A DNA stretch of 45,222 nucleotides, taken from NCBI GenBank assembly GCA_016195185.1, contig JACQAA010000186.1, positions 1-45,222 on the forward strand, written 5' to 3'. The position numbers and the translations under genes were made by a program. Origin of the DNA: Pseudomonadota bacterium. Lineage in GTDB: Bacteria > Pseudomonadota > Alphaproteobacteria > Micavibrionales > UBA2020. This document shows, piece after piece, positions 1 through 9,055 of this stretch. Below the pieces are notes generated by a model. It was not told the origin of the DNA. It worked only from the letters and a program-made list of their open reading frames with translations, and ran no database searches. Position 1 is the stretch's first letter. The number at the start of each line of letters is the position of its first letter.

Positions 1-917
1 CACTTGTCTTTTAAATTCCACCAGTAGAAGCCCAGCATGCCAAGATCGAAGGCCGGGCGCGGCGCGCCATTCTTGTCAACCACAGTGGCGGCGGCCAAAG
101 CATCCACCCGCTCTGCAGGCCCGCCCAGGGTTTCCGCGAGAAAGATGCTATCGGGTTGCTGCTCGCGGGTATAGGTAATAAGCTCCTGCCAGACATCCGG
201 GGGCAGCCGGTACGCCACATCACAGCGGAACCCGCTGAACCCGCAATCAATGTAGAAATCCAATACCCGCTTAAAATAGGCCTGATGTTCTTTATCTCCC
301 GCAATGAAGAACCGCCGTGCCTCGGGTGAGAAATAGCTGATCTGCGCCACGTCCGACCACGGGTCTTCCGGAGGTCCGCCAACTTGCAGGGAAAAATCAT
401 CTTTTCTGCAGAATTTGAAGTAAAACTCTTTATCCACCTCTCCCTCTTTGTAGGAGAAGCCGATGAGGTGATCTTTTTCTCCGATGATGGGTCTGACGGT
501 GTCACCGTCCTTTAACAAGATACTTTTGATCGCGGCGGTTTCTTCTTCAACCAACGGATGGTCGGCGGCAACATGGTTGAAAACCAGGTCGGCATAAACA
601 CGAATACCCTTCTTGGCGGCGGCGGCGCAAAAATGTTTCAGATGTTCCCGGTCCCGCGCCCCATTTCCGGAGGTGAACTCCTGATCTAACTTGAAATGAT
701 CGCGGATTGCATAGTAGCTGCCAGTCAGCTTTTTGCCGTGGGCCGTTTTTTCAACTTTGGTGGTTTCGCACATCGGGCTGAACCAGAGTGCGTTAAATCC
801 CAGATCCGCAACGTGATTCAGCATCCAGGACTGATGATCCGCAGCATCCAGACCCGACCATCCGGAAACGGGCCCGGCAAGGCGTGGCGGCACATAATAT
901 ATCCTTTGCCCTGGCAA
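1..917 (-). CDS. GH13 (alpha-amylase superfamily) enzyme, N-terminal part only; the 3' end runs off the left window edge
   Basis: Absent from the ORF track because there is no in-window stop. Manual translation of the minus strand (codon phase 917, 914, ...) is open to position 1. It reads ...DLGFNALWFSPM..GSYYAIRDHFKLDQEF..IRVYADLVFNHVAADHP..GFRCDVAYRLPPDVW..IFLAETLGG.., matching GH13 conserved regions I-III. TTG at 917-915 sits 8 nt after GAGG; GTG at 893 is an alternative start. Subfamily not resolvable by eye. Confidence 0.75.
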   Translation of the reverse strand, partial: MPGQRIYYVPPRLAGPVSGWSGLDAADHQSWMLNHVADLGFNALWFSPMCETTKVEKTAHGKKLTGSYYAIRDHFKLDQEFTSGNGARDREHLKHFCAAAAKKGIRVYADLVFNHVAADHPLVEEETAAIKSILLKDGDTVRPIIGEKDHLIGFSYKEGEVDKEFYFKFCRKDDFSLQVGGPPEDPWSDVAQISYFSPEARRFFIAGDKEHQAYFKRVLDFYIDCGFSGFRCDVAYRLPPDVWQELITYTREQQPDSIFLAETLGGPAERVDALAAATVVDKNGAPRPAFDLGMLGFYWWNLKDK

Positions 918-1053
918 TTTTATTACCTCGTTTGAATAAATTTTGAAATATGCTAGCTATTATGACATAAATATCAATTCTTTTAAATCTTTGACTGCTA
1001 ACTCTTTGAAATGTAGGGTTTGCTGCAAAGCAACATATACGCGGGGTGGCGCG

Positions 1054-2673
1054 ATGAGCGGGGGAAATGAGTGGTGGCGCGGCGCAGTCATGTATCAGAT
1101 ATACCCGCGCAGTTTTTGCGACAGCAATGGCGACGGGATCGGTGACCTGAACGGCATCACCTCAAAACTCGACTATATCGCTTCGCTTGGTGTCGATGGC
1201 GTGTGGATCTCACCCTTCTACACCTCTCCGATGGCAGATTTTGGGTATGATGTGGCCGATTACTGCAGCATTGATCCGATTTTCGGGACGTTGGAGGACT
1301 TCGATGCGCTGCTGAACGGGTTGCACAAACGCGGGCTCAAGCTGATTATCGATCTGGTGCTCAATCATACCTCAGAGCAACATCCGTGGTTCACCGAGAG
1401 CCGTAAAGACAAAACCAACTCCAAGGCCGACTGGTATGTCTGGACCGATCCCAGGCGCGATGGCACGCCCCCCAATAACTGGCTTTCCGTCTTTGGCGGT
1501 CCCGCCTGGCAGTACGATTCACGGCGCGGACAATATTATTTCCATCAGTTCCTGCAGCAGCAACCCGACCTGAACATCCGCAATCATGAAGTACAGGATG
1601 AACTGCTGCGCATCGCGGAATGGTGGCTGAAACGCGGCGTCGATGGTTTCCGCCTCGATGCCCTGAACCATTGCATTCATGACGAGCGTCTGCGCGACAA
1701 TCCGCCCCGTGAGGACATCGACCGCACCAAGACCGACCGGCAAATGCATCCTTATTACTGGCAGCGGCATCTCTACGATAAAACCCAGCCCGAAATGATC
1801 CCCTTCATCAAGCGCCTCCGCCAGCTGACCGATCGGTATCCAGAACGCATGATGGTCGGTGAAATCGGCGATGATCAGCAGAACAAAACCAGCGTCGCCT
1901 ATACCAACGGGCCGGAGATGCTGCATACCTCCTATAGCTTTGCTCTGCTCGGGCCTGATATTTATGCGGCAAAAAAATTGCGCGCCATTATTGAGGACTA
2001 TTTCAAGGAGCCGGGCGACAGCTGGCCCTCCTGGGCTTTCTCCAATCATGATGTGAGACGGGTGGCAACGCGGTGGGGCGTCAACGGACAACCCGACACT
2101 CGGCAGGTCAAAATGCTGATCGCTCTGCTGACCTCGCTGCGCGGTACGGCATTTTTATATGAGGGGGAAGAGCTGGGCCTGGGTGAGGCCGACATTCCCT
2201 TCGAAAAACTGCAAGATCCGTTCGGCATTTTTCTCTGGCCGGAGGACAAAGGCCGCGACGGCTGCCGTACCCCGATGCCCTGGAACGGAACACAGAAAAA
2301 CGCCGGATTCTCAACGGCGCCGGAAACCTGGCTGCCGATCCCCCCAGAACACCTGACCAAATCTGTGGCCGACGGGGAAAAAGAAGCGAAGTCTCCACTG
2401 CATTTCACCAGAAATTTCCTGAAATGGCGCAAAACATACCCTGTCCTGAAAACCGGCAAGCTCAGTTTTCTCGATGCTCCCGAACCGGCGCTGGCTTTCA
2501 AGCGGATACAGGGGAATGACACGCTGTTTTGTATCTTCAATCTGGGAGTGCAACCCGTCACGTTGCCGCTGCCCGCCGGATGTGCGCCGCTCGAGGGCCA
2601 CGGACTGCCTTTTTCTCTCAAGAACACAATGCTCACTCTGCCCGGATTTGGCGGATTCTTTGGAAAGAATTAA
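1054..2673 (+). CDS. alpha-glucosidase / oligo-1,6-glucosidase-like GH13 enzyme
   Basis: The sequence MSGGNEWWRGAVMYQIYPRSFCDSNGDGIGDLNGI..GVDGVWISPFY..DLVLNHTSEQHPWF..GVDGFRLDA..MVGEI..FSNHD is the classic AglA/MalL-type signature. Start moved from the track's TTG at 943 to ATG 1054, where homology begins. Confidence 0.9.
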   Translation: MSGGNEWWRGAVMYQIYPRSFCDSNGDGIGDLNGITSKLDYIASLGVDGVWISPFYTSPMADFGYDVADYCSIDPIFGTLEDFDALLNGLHKRGLKLIIDLVLNHTSEQHPWFTESRKDKTNSKADWYVWTDPRRDGTPPNNWLSVFGGPAWQYDSRRGQYYFHQFLQQQPDLNIRNHEVQDELLRIAEWWLKRGVDGFRLDALNHCIHDERLRDNPPREDIDRTKTDRQMHPYYWQRHLYDKTQPEMIPFIKRLRQLTDRYPERMMVGEIGDDQQNKTSVAYTNGPEMLHTSYSFALLGPDIYAAKKLRAIIEDYFKEPGDSWPSWAFSNHDVRRVATRWGVNGQPDTRQVKMLIALLTSLRGTAFLYEGEELGLGEADIPFEKLQDPFGIFLWPEDKGRDGCRTPMPWNGTQKNAGFSTAPETWLPIPPEHLTKSVADGEKEAKSPLHFTRNFLKWRKTYPVLKTGKLSFLDAPEPALAFKRIQGNDTLFCIFNLGVQPVTLPLPAGCAPLEGHGLPFSLKNTMLTLPGFGGFFGKN

Positions 2674-3512
2674 GGCCGGTTCTGCGACGGCTTCGAGACA
2701 ACCGCTCTTGCCTGATGTGGGGCCATCATCACATGCGGCGGCACCTGAAGATCATTGGCATCATATACCAGAGGCTTGCCGTCCAGATCTTCAACCCGGC
2801 CGCCGGTGGCTTCAACCAGAGCCTGCCCGGGAGCGACATCCCACCATTTGGTACGGCCATTGCGGCGGAGCGGAAAGACAACCGCCATATCTGCGCTGCT
2901 GTCCGCGATCTGACTGGCCAGTATGGCGCCACCCATCTCATCAATGCTCGCCGCTTTATTGAACTGGTGGGTCAGATACCCCCGTATCCCTTTTATATCG
3001 GCATTATTCTTCACCAGAACATGCAGATCCCCCGAGGGCGCGGCCCCGGCTGTAATCGGCATTCTGGTTCCGGCCGCATCGACCTTGGTCGCCGTGCCGG
3101 GCCCCATGCCGGAATAGGTAACACCCGTCACCGGATGATACAGGATGCCCATGACCGGCGTGTGGTCGACAATCAGCGCAATAGCGACAACGAAACCGCC
3201 TGTTTTGTCAACGAACTCCTGCGTGCCGTCGAGCGGATCCACCGTCCAGAAAGTACCGGCTGTAACATCCGGCACGTCACCGGCCGCGGACCGTTCTTCG
3301 GACACAATCGGAATATCCGGCGTGAGTTTTTGCAATCTGGAGAGGATGATCTTTTCGGATGCATGATCAGCATCTGTAACAAGGCTGCCATCGTCTTTGG
3401 TATAGATGGCCGTCCCGGCGTAATGCTTCATGATCTCAGCGCCGGCTTCCTGGGCGATGCCTTCCACGGCATGAAGAATCTTTTTTAATTCCGGTGCATC
3501 CATGACCACCAT
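2670..3512 (-). CDS. cysQ: 3'(2'),5'-bisphosphate nucleotidase (inositol monophosphatase family)
   Basis: IMPase-family motifs are present: SEE..(metal ligand), WTVDPLDGTQEF and WDVAPGQALVEATGG. Length is 280 aa. Confidence 0.8.
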   Translation of the reverse strand: MVVMDAPELKKILHAVEGIAQEAGAEIMKHYAGTAIYTKDDGSLVTDADHASEKIILSRLQKLTPDIPIVSEERSAAGDVPDVTAGTFWTVDPLDGTQEFVDKTGGFVVAIALIVDHTPVMGILYHPVTGVTYSGMGPGTATKVDAAGTRMPITAGAAPSGDLHVLVKNNADIKGIRGYLTHQFNKAASIDEMGGAILASQIADSSADMAVVFPLRRNGRTKWWDVAPGQALVEATGGRVEDLDGKPLVYDANDLQVPPHVMMAPHQARAVVSKPSQNRP

Positions 3513-3581
3513 TGTATTTACATATGATTAAAAAAGTGTAAACACATCAAAATATTAGCTTTTGTGCGAAAAGACAGCTCC

Positions 3582-4052
3582 TTATTTGGGGCCTTTCTTT
3601 TTCACAGGTGGGGCAGCTTTGGTATTCGGCATGCTCTCCAGAGCCGATTTTATCTCGTCAAATATTTCTTTGCTCTGCACATCCTCTTGGAAATTTTTAT
3701 CCCACACAAAACCACGTTTTACCAGCAATTGCGCCATTTTGGCGGGGGTATCTATATCTGCCGGGAAATTCCAGATCGTTTCACAGCACTCATCAATACC
3801 CTCAGCTTCCGGCAGCATTGCACGAATATAATCGGGACATTTAAACGTGACATCTTGCCCGGTCGGATAAATGTCGGCAAAAAGGCCGAAGCCACTTTCA
3901 TCTTGGCAGACAATAAAACTGAAGCGGCCAGCCAACCCTTCTGTAATAGCCTTTTCTATAGGAGTCTTCGCTGCATCATCCCCATTGAGCAATGCAGCCA
4001 TGACGATGTCAACGGCGGTGCGCGGCGCAACCTGACCAAAATTTTTCTTCAT
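3582..4052 (-). CDS. hypothetical protein (156 aa), acidic body with a Lys/Pro-rich C-terminal tail
   Basis: Clean ORF with an ATG start and no overlap with neighbours. I recognise no family. It ends ...NTKAAPPVKKKGPK. Confidence 0.55.
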   Translation of the reverse strand: MKKNFGQVAPRTAVDIVMAALLNGDDAAKTPIEKAITEGLAGRFSFIVCQDESGFGLFADIYPTGQDVTFKCPDYIRAMLPEAEGIDECCETIWNFPADIDTPAKMAQLLVKRGFVWDKNFQEDVQSKEIFDEIKSALESMPNTKAAPPVKKKGPK

Positions 4053-4104
4053 GCTTATCTCCTCTTCTGGTCACCACCATGGATAATAACTATGACAATT
4101 AAAT

Positions 4105-4120
4105 AGGGGGTTCGCCCCCT
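4105..4120 (-). terminator. possible hairpin terminator downstream of the DUF177 gene
   Basis: AGGGGG-ttcg-CCCCCT hairpin 23 nt after the stop at 4143. On the minus strand it is followed by ATTTAATT, a weak U-tract. Confidence 0.3.
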
Positions 4121-4142
4121 CGAGTCAACTCTTTTTTGGAAA

Positions 4143-4709
4143 TTACTCGTCTTTTTCCGACTTCAGGCCCTGCAAAACCTGAAACGGGCGGTTTTTGGGC
4201 GCAGTGCCAGTTTCGGCCAGTTGCGCCGCCAGGCTGACACCCGGAGCACGGGGGTAGGGATCCAGTTCTAACGACAGGTACTGGGCGACCAGCTCTCCCA
4301 TATCAATTATTCCGTTGTACATGACCTCATGCGGGTCCTCTTCCAGCTCGAGATCAAACTCCATGTCCGCATCAAATACCTCTTCTCCGTCTTCCGTAAA
4401 AGAGGTGTCAAACGGTATCTGTATCCGCGCCGGAACATCCTGCAGGGAAACGACGCAGGACTGCACAACATCCGCCTCCATATCGCCCCGAACCCGGATC
4501 AGCTTTCCCTCTGATATGCGCAGGATTGTCAAATTCCCCTTCAGGCCGCTTAATGACCTCAGGTCAAACCGGCGGGCCAGCGCCGCACATTCCTCGGCTG
4601 TTGCTTCCACTTTCTCGCGCCGCTCTCGATCAGGCGTGATCGTGCCGACCTCAAGCAGGCGGGAAAATTCGGGTGCTGCAACCATCGGCTCCACTCCTTT
4701 GCCGTTCAT
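4143..4709 (-). CDS. yceD: YceD/DUF177 family protein (23S rRNA accumulation protein-like)
   Basis: Size, very acidic C-terminal half and the ...CVVSLQDVP...EDPHEV...IDMGELVAQYLSLELDPYPR pattern are typical of DUF177. Confidence 0.7.
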   Translation of the reverse strand: MNGKGVEPMVAAPEFSRLLEVGTITPDRERREKVEATAEECAALARRFDLRSLSGLKGNLTILRISEGKLIRVRGDMEADVVQSCVVSLQDVPARIQIPFDTSFTEDGEEVFDADMEFDLELEEDPHEVMYNGIIDMGELVAQYLSLELDPYPRAPGVSLAAQLAETGTAPKNRPFQVLQGLKSEKDE

Positions 4710-4760
4710 TCTAGAGTGATATACATTGTTTTAAAAAGAAAAAAAGCATATATTTCGAAC

Positions 4761-5231
4761 ATGCAAAAATTTTGCCGCAGGGCTGTTTTTCTTTCCGGAG
4801 TCTGTCTGCTGCTGATGAGCCCCGTTGCCTGCTCACCCATCGTCGCGACCCGCGGCAATCTCCTCAGCCAGACCAAGTTTGAGCAGGTGCAGCCCAATGT
4901 CTCGCATCGCGCGGATGTCGTCCAATACTGGGGCCCCCCCACGGCCACCTCTCCCTTTAATCCGAATATCTGGTACTACATCGGCGAAACCACGTCCCAA
5001 AAAGGGGTCTTCGCCCCCAAGGTTGACAAACGCCGCATCATCCGCGTCAAGTTTGATCCCAATAACAACGACACCGTGGTTGAAGTGGCCGATCTGGATT
5101 CTGCCCTGGCAAAGGACGTCAAGCCGGTCAGCCGCACCACACCCGCCGCCGGCAAAGACTTTACCGCTCTCCAGCAGTTCATCGGCAATCTGGGCAAGTA
5201 CAACGCGGCGGCGGACAAAGACAAGAAATAG
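4761..5231 (+). CDS. bamE: outer membrane protein assembly factor BamE (SmpA/OmlA lipoprotein)
   Basis: Signal peptide with lipobox (LLMSPVAC|S), then GNLLSQTKFEQVQPN.S...V...G.P........WYY, typical of BamE. Start moved to ATG 4761. Confidence 0.8.
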   Translation: MQKFCRRAVFLSGVCLLLMSPVACSPIVATRGNLLSQTKFEQVQPNVSHRADVVQYWGPPTATSPFNPNIWYYIGETTSQKGVFAPKVDKRRIIRVKFDPNNNDTVVEVADLDSALAKDVKPVSRTTPAAGKDFTALQQFIGNLGKYNAAADKDKK

Positions 5232-5234
5232 CCC

Positions 5235-6665
5235 CTAATCCACGTAAGGGTTTTTGCTCGACCGGATGATAAAACGGATCGGCGTGGCGGGAATGTCAAA
5301 GTCACGCCGCAAACTGTTGATCAGGTATCTTTTGTGCGTGTCCGGGTAAGCGTCAGCGCGCCCCACCCAGAGCGCAAAGGTCGGCGGCCGCGCCTTGATT
5401 TGCGTCATGTACCGCAGGCGGTTCTGGCGCCCCTGCACCAGCGGCGCCGGATGCTGCTCCTCCACGGCGCGCAGCCAGCGGTTGAGCTTGCCGGTGGGCA
5501 CGCGCTTGTTCCACAGGTCATAGGTCGTCAGAACCGATTCCAGCAGCTGGTCAAGCCGGACGCCATTCAGCGCGGAAATTGTCACGGCACGAATATCTTT
5601 CACCTGCGCCAGGTTGGTTTCCAGCTGATGCTGGATCTCCTCCATGATTTTATGACGTTCTTTGACGGCGTCCCACTTGTTAACCGCAATCACCATCGCG
5701 CGGCCTTCATCGACGATATGCTGGGCGATGACCAGATCCTGCTTTTCAAACAGCTGTTCTGCGTCTATCACCATGATGACAACCTGCGCGAGGCGGATGG
5801 CCCGGAGCGTGTCATCGACCGACATTTTTTCGATCGCGTTGACAATCCGCGCCTTACGGCGAAGGCCGGCGGTGTCGACGAGGCGCAGCTTACGCCCGGC
5901 GAATTCCCAATCGACATGGACGGCGTCGCGGGTAATGCCGGCTTCCGGCCCCGTCATGGACCGCTCCTCGCCCACCAGCGCGTTCAGCAACGTCGATTTG
6001 CCCACGTTCGGGCGCCCGACAATCGCCACCTTGACCGGCTTGTTTTTATCCTCCGCATTTTCTTCCTGGTCGCCAAACCCCGTCTCGGCGCCCTCCCGAT
6101 ACACTTCAAAATATTTTTCAAGATTTTCCTGTTCATCCTCGATTCTCAACGCTTCATCTTCCGCCTCGACCCTGTCGATGTGCGGCTGCAGCAGCGCATA
6201 CAGCTCATCCATCCCCTGCCCGTGCTCGGCGGAAACGGCGACCGGCTCGCCCAGCCCCAGCTCATAGGCTTCATACACGCCGGCAATGCCCACTTTGCTT
6301 TCGCACTTGTTGGCGATCAGGGCGGAGGGGAGATTTTGTTTGCGCAACCAGTCGGCAAAATGACGGTCCATCGGCGTGATGCCGGCGCGCGCGTCAATCA
6401 CCAGCAAAGCCATATCGGCGCGTTTCAGCGCCTGCTCGGTTTGCCGCCGCATCCGCCCCTGAATAGAGGCATCAAAACTTTCTTCCAGCCCCGCCGTGTC
6501 AATGACTTTAAAGTGCAGGCCCATCAAATGGCCCTCGGCCTCACGCCAGTCCCGCGTCAGCCCGGGCGTGTCGTGCACCAGCGCCAGCTTTTTGCCAACC
6601 AGTCGATTAAAGAGGGTGGACTTCCCGACATTCGGGCGCCCGATAATGGCGACGGTGAACGGCAT
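5235..6665 (-). CDS. der: ribosome-biogenesis GTPase Der (EngA), double G-domain
   Basis: Two GxxxxGKS P-loops (GRPNVGKST twice), two DTAG motifs and a KH-like C-terminus. Confidence 0.95.
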   Translation of the reverse strand: MPFTVAIIGRPNVGKSTLFNRLVGKKLALVHDTPGLTRDWREAEGHLMGLHFKVIDTAGLEESFDASIQGRMRRQTEQALKRADMALLVIDARAGITPMDRHFADWLRKQNLPSALIANKCESKVGIAGVYEAYELGLGEPVAVSAEHGQGMDELYALLQPHIDRVEAEDEALRIEDEQENLEKYFEVYREGAETGFGDQEENAEDKNKPVKVAIVGRPNVGKSTLLNALVGEERSMTGPEAGITRDAVHVDWEFAGRKLRLVDTAGLRRKARIVNAIEKMSVDDTLRAIRLAQVVIMVIDAEQLFEKQDLVIAQHIVDEGRAMVIAVNKWDAVKERHKIMEEIQHQLETNLAQVKDIRAVTISALNGVRLDQLLESVLTTYDLWNKRVPTGKLNRWLRAVEEQHPAPLVQGRQNRLRYMTQIKARPPTFALWVGRADAYPDTHKRYLINSLRRDFDIPATPIRFIIRSSKNPYVD

Positions 6666-6676
6666 GTCAGCACTTT

Positions 6677-8011
6677 CTAACGGTAAGCCACCAGATCGCC
6701 GCCCTCGGTGAGAAGGAGCAGCGTACTGTCAGCAACAACGGGCGGGATCATGACGTTCCCCGGCAGGTCCGTTTGCTTGATGATTCTTCCGTCCTGCGGG
6801 TTGATTTCAACCATCTGGCCGCGATTGCTGGCCAGAATAAGCCGGCCACCGGCCAGCACCGGTCCTGTCCAGACCACCGGTTTATCCTTGCTGTCGCCTT
6901 CAAATCGCTGCAACGGCGTGATCCAGCGAATTTCTCCGCCCTGCCGGGTGAGCGCGATCACCTGCTGGTCGGCGCTCAGGACAAATACCGTCGCACCGGC
7001 CGCCCAGGGCATTTCGGCGCTGCCAATTTCGCGCTGCCAGACGCGTTGCCCTGATACTTCGTCGATGGCCACCAGGCGCCCGCTGTAACTCACCGCATAA
7101 ATGAGCCCCTGATCGATCACGGGCTGACCGCGAATATCGGCAATGGAGGAAAACGCGCCCGAACGCCGGACTGAGGAAAGATTGTCTTGCCAGACCACCT
7201 GGCCGTTTTCATTGCGCAGGCCAAAAATCTCTCCGGATGACAGGGGCAGCACAACCAAAGTTGCATCGACCGCCGGTGATATAGAACCGAGCAAATTGGT
7301 GGTCTCGGTGATACCGGAATAATTCCACAACGGCGTCCCGTCAGAACCGGAAAACACCATCAGACGGTTATCCAGCGTGATCAGGTACACTTTGTCGCCC
7401 ACGGCCGTCGGTGCGGATCGCGCCGGGGACGGCACGCTCGCGCGCCAAACCATGCCGCCCGAGGCGGGATTGATGCAGATCAGCTGTTTGTAGCCGTTGG
7501 TCACATACAGCTTCCCGGAAGAATAGGCCAGCCCGCCGCCGATATACCCCTTATGCTCTTCTCCCAGCGGGACGGAGGAAATGCGCCATTTTTTCTTGCC
7601 GTTGGCAAGATCAAAGGCGGTCACCTGGGCTTCGGTATCCAGCGTAAAAACCATCCCGTCGGCCACGACGGGCTCGACAATCAGAGGGTCACGGCGATCA
7701 CCGCCCGTGCCGATGGAAGCGCTCCAGACTCTTTTCAGAGCGCTGTCGAGCGTCAGATGCCCCATGGCATGATTGGGATACCCGCCCGTCTGCGGCCAGA
7801 ATTTATTCAACCAGGGCTCGGGCAGCGTCAGCGGCGCCTTTTGCAGCTCCGGATTCGGCACCAGCGCCTGTTGCAACTGCAGGACGGAAATGCGCTCCCC
7901 CTTCAGCGGCGGCTTTTTATCATCTGTGAAAAGACCATCCAGCGCCGAACAGGCCGTCAACAGCAGCGTCGTCACCAGAAAAAGCGCCAGAACTTTTAGA
8001 CCATTTTTCAT
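6677..8011 (-). CDS. bamB: PQQ-like beta-propeller lipoprotein, BamB
   Basis: Lipobox LLLTAC|S and repeated beta-propeller blades (..G.V.A.D...G...W..). It sits immediately upstream of der, as in many proteobacteria. Confidence 0.85.
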   Translation of the reverse strand: MKNGLKVLALFLVTTLLLTACSALDGLFTDDKKPPLKGERISVLQLQQALVPNPELQKAPLTLPEPWLNKFWPQTGGYPNHAMGHLTLDSALKRVWSASIGTGGDRRDPLIVEPVVADGMVFTLDTEAQVTAFDLANGKKKWRISSVPLGEEHKGYIGGGLAYSSGKLYVTNGYKQLICINPASGGMVWRASVPSPARSAPTAVGDKVYLITLDNRLMVFSGSDGTPLWNYSGITETTNLLGSISPAVDATLVVLPLSSGEIFGLRNENGQVVWQDNLSSVRRSGAFSSIADIRGQPVIDQGLIYAVSYSGRLVAIDEVSGQRVWQREIGSAEMPWAAGATVFVLSADQQVIALTRQGGEIRWITPLQRFEGDSKDKPVVWTGPVLAGGRLILASNRGQMVEINPQDGRIIKQTDLPGNVMIPPVVADSTLLLLTEGGDLVAYR

Positions 8012-8643
8012 TATGGGGCGCCGGCCACGTATAACTCGCGCAGGGAGAAAGCGCGCGCGCGCGCATCCGCCGGCGCCTGAGGGTCTGACGTAATGTTCGT
8101 CAGGGCTTCAATGGCCTGCAGCGTATGGCCCTGCTTTTCTTCCAGAAGCGCGGTCAGCTCGCGCGCCGAATAGCGCCAGGGGCTGCTGTCGCGCGACAGT
8201 TTTGACAGTTCCTGCACCAGTCTTTCCGGATTGTCACTGTCAAGGCGCTGGCTGATGCTGAGAACGGCGGCTAATTCGCGGTAGGTCCTGTCGAGCCCGA
8301 AAGTAGCCGCCACTCCATTATAGAGTTCGATGGCCTGGGTCTTTTCGCCGCGGTCAAGATGCGCGGAGGCCGCCAGCAGCCTGGCTATTGCCGCATGGTT
8401 CTTATCGCTAGCATCAGAAAATCTTTCCAGCTGGGTGACATTCGCCGCCTCCACCAGCCGAATCAGCTCCGTTGTCGTGGCCACATTGCGCTGCTGCTCC
8501 CACTGCCGCCACAAAGAGATCCCGGCTGTCAGCGCAATCGCCGCGATCACTCCGCCAATAAGCCAGGAACCGTTCTCACGCCAAAACTGGTGGAGTTTCT
8601 CCTGGCGCAAATCGTCGCTGATTTCATCAAACACGTCCGCCAT
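8011..8643 (-). CDS. YfgM-like membrane-anchored TPR protein
   Basis: N-terminal single TM segment (WLIGGVIAAIALTAGISLW) followed by a TPR-like helical domain. Its TAA stop overlaps the bamB ATG by 1 nt (TAATG). Confidence 0.7.
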   Translation of the reverse strand: MADVFDEISDDLRQEKLHQFWRENGSWLIGGVIAAIALTAGISLWRQWEQQRNVATTTELIRLVEAANVTQLERFSDASDKNHAAIARLLAASAHLDRGEKTQAIELYNGVAATFGLDRTYRELAAVLSISQRLDSDNPERLVQELSKLSRDSSPWRYSARELTALLEEKQGHTLQAIEALTNITSDPQAPADARARAFSLRELYVAGAP

Positions 8644-8776
8644 GATTCAGCCCTTATTATTTACCTGTTATTTCAAGCCCCTAAATGACCAAATGCGACC
8701 CTATGGTGTCAAGCAAAACCCCCATTATTTTTCATAATATTTAAATAGCTCACAGTTTATAGTAGCCTCAAGGGCC

Positions 8777-8911
8777 TTTTAGAGCATCCGCCGTTTAAAT
8801 AGAATATCTCCTGATCTCCACGCCGCACTTGTTGCGGCGTCCATGGATGCCGGGACAAGCCCGGCATGGTGAAGAGGATGATTCTCCACCTAACCGAAAA
8901 ATGCTCTAAAA
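8777..8911. repeat. MITE-like / REP-like palindromic intergenic element (about 135 bp)
   Basis: 11-bp perfect terminal inverted repeat TTTTAGAGCAT...ATGCTCTAAAA with about 25 further imperfectly complementary nt. These arms enclose two internal hairpins, CGCCGCA-cttgt-TGCGGCG and ATGCCGGG-acaa-CCCGGCAT. The core resembles the GGATGCCCGGGTCAAGCCCGGGCATG-type repeats common in alphaproteobacterial intergenic DNA. Confidence 0.5.
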
Positions 8912-8974
8912 TCCCGCTTTCATAGCCATCATACCCGTCCCTCTTAAACAGTTATGAGAACCATATACGATTTG

Positions 8975-8998
8975 TTAACTACCTCCATGGCATGATGA
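8975..8998 (+). promoter_or_regulatory. conserved flagellar upstream motif, copy 1 (81 nt before the flagellin ATG)
   Basis: TTAACTACCTCCATGGCATGATGA matches 10332-10355 at 19 of 24 positions, at almost the same distance from the start codon. Confidence 0.45.
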
Positions 8999-9055
8999 GA
9001 GGGTAGCCAGAAGAGTAGCTTTTGGCTCTTAACCTTAGAAAAAGGAACATTCATC

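Noticed and set aside
11-505. 164-aa minus-strand ORF from the track at the left edge
   Set aside because: It is in a different frame from the edge-truncated GH13 gene, which shows clear alpha-amylase-family motifs across 1-917. Its Ser/Pro/Arg/Trp-rich translation looks like an out-of-frame shadow.
1020-1033. TTGCT-gcaa-AGCAA inverted repeat before the alpha-glucosidase gene as a LacI-type operator
   Set aside because: The arms are only 5 bp with a 4-nt spacer, which is too short to distinguish from chance without comparative data.
943-1053. N-terminal extension of the alpha-glucosidase ORF (track start TTG 943)
   Set aside because: The extension (MKYASYYDININSF...) is AT-rich intergenic-looking sequence with no homology logic. 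GH13 similarity begins right after ATG 1054.
5334-6680. 448-aa plus-strand ORF antisense to der
   Set aside because: It fully overlaps a high-confidence GTPase gene. Its Arg/Leu/Pro/Gly/His-rich composition is typical of antisense shadow ORFs in GC-rich coding DNA.
8985-9006. Possible sigma54 promoter (TGGCAT...) upstream of the flagellin gene
   Set aside because: TGGCAT is present, but the position 10 nt downstream of GG carries GG/AG rather than the required GC of the -12 element. The second motif copy has GC instead of GG at -24.
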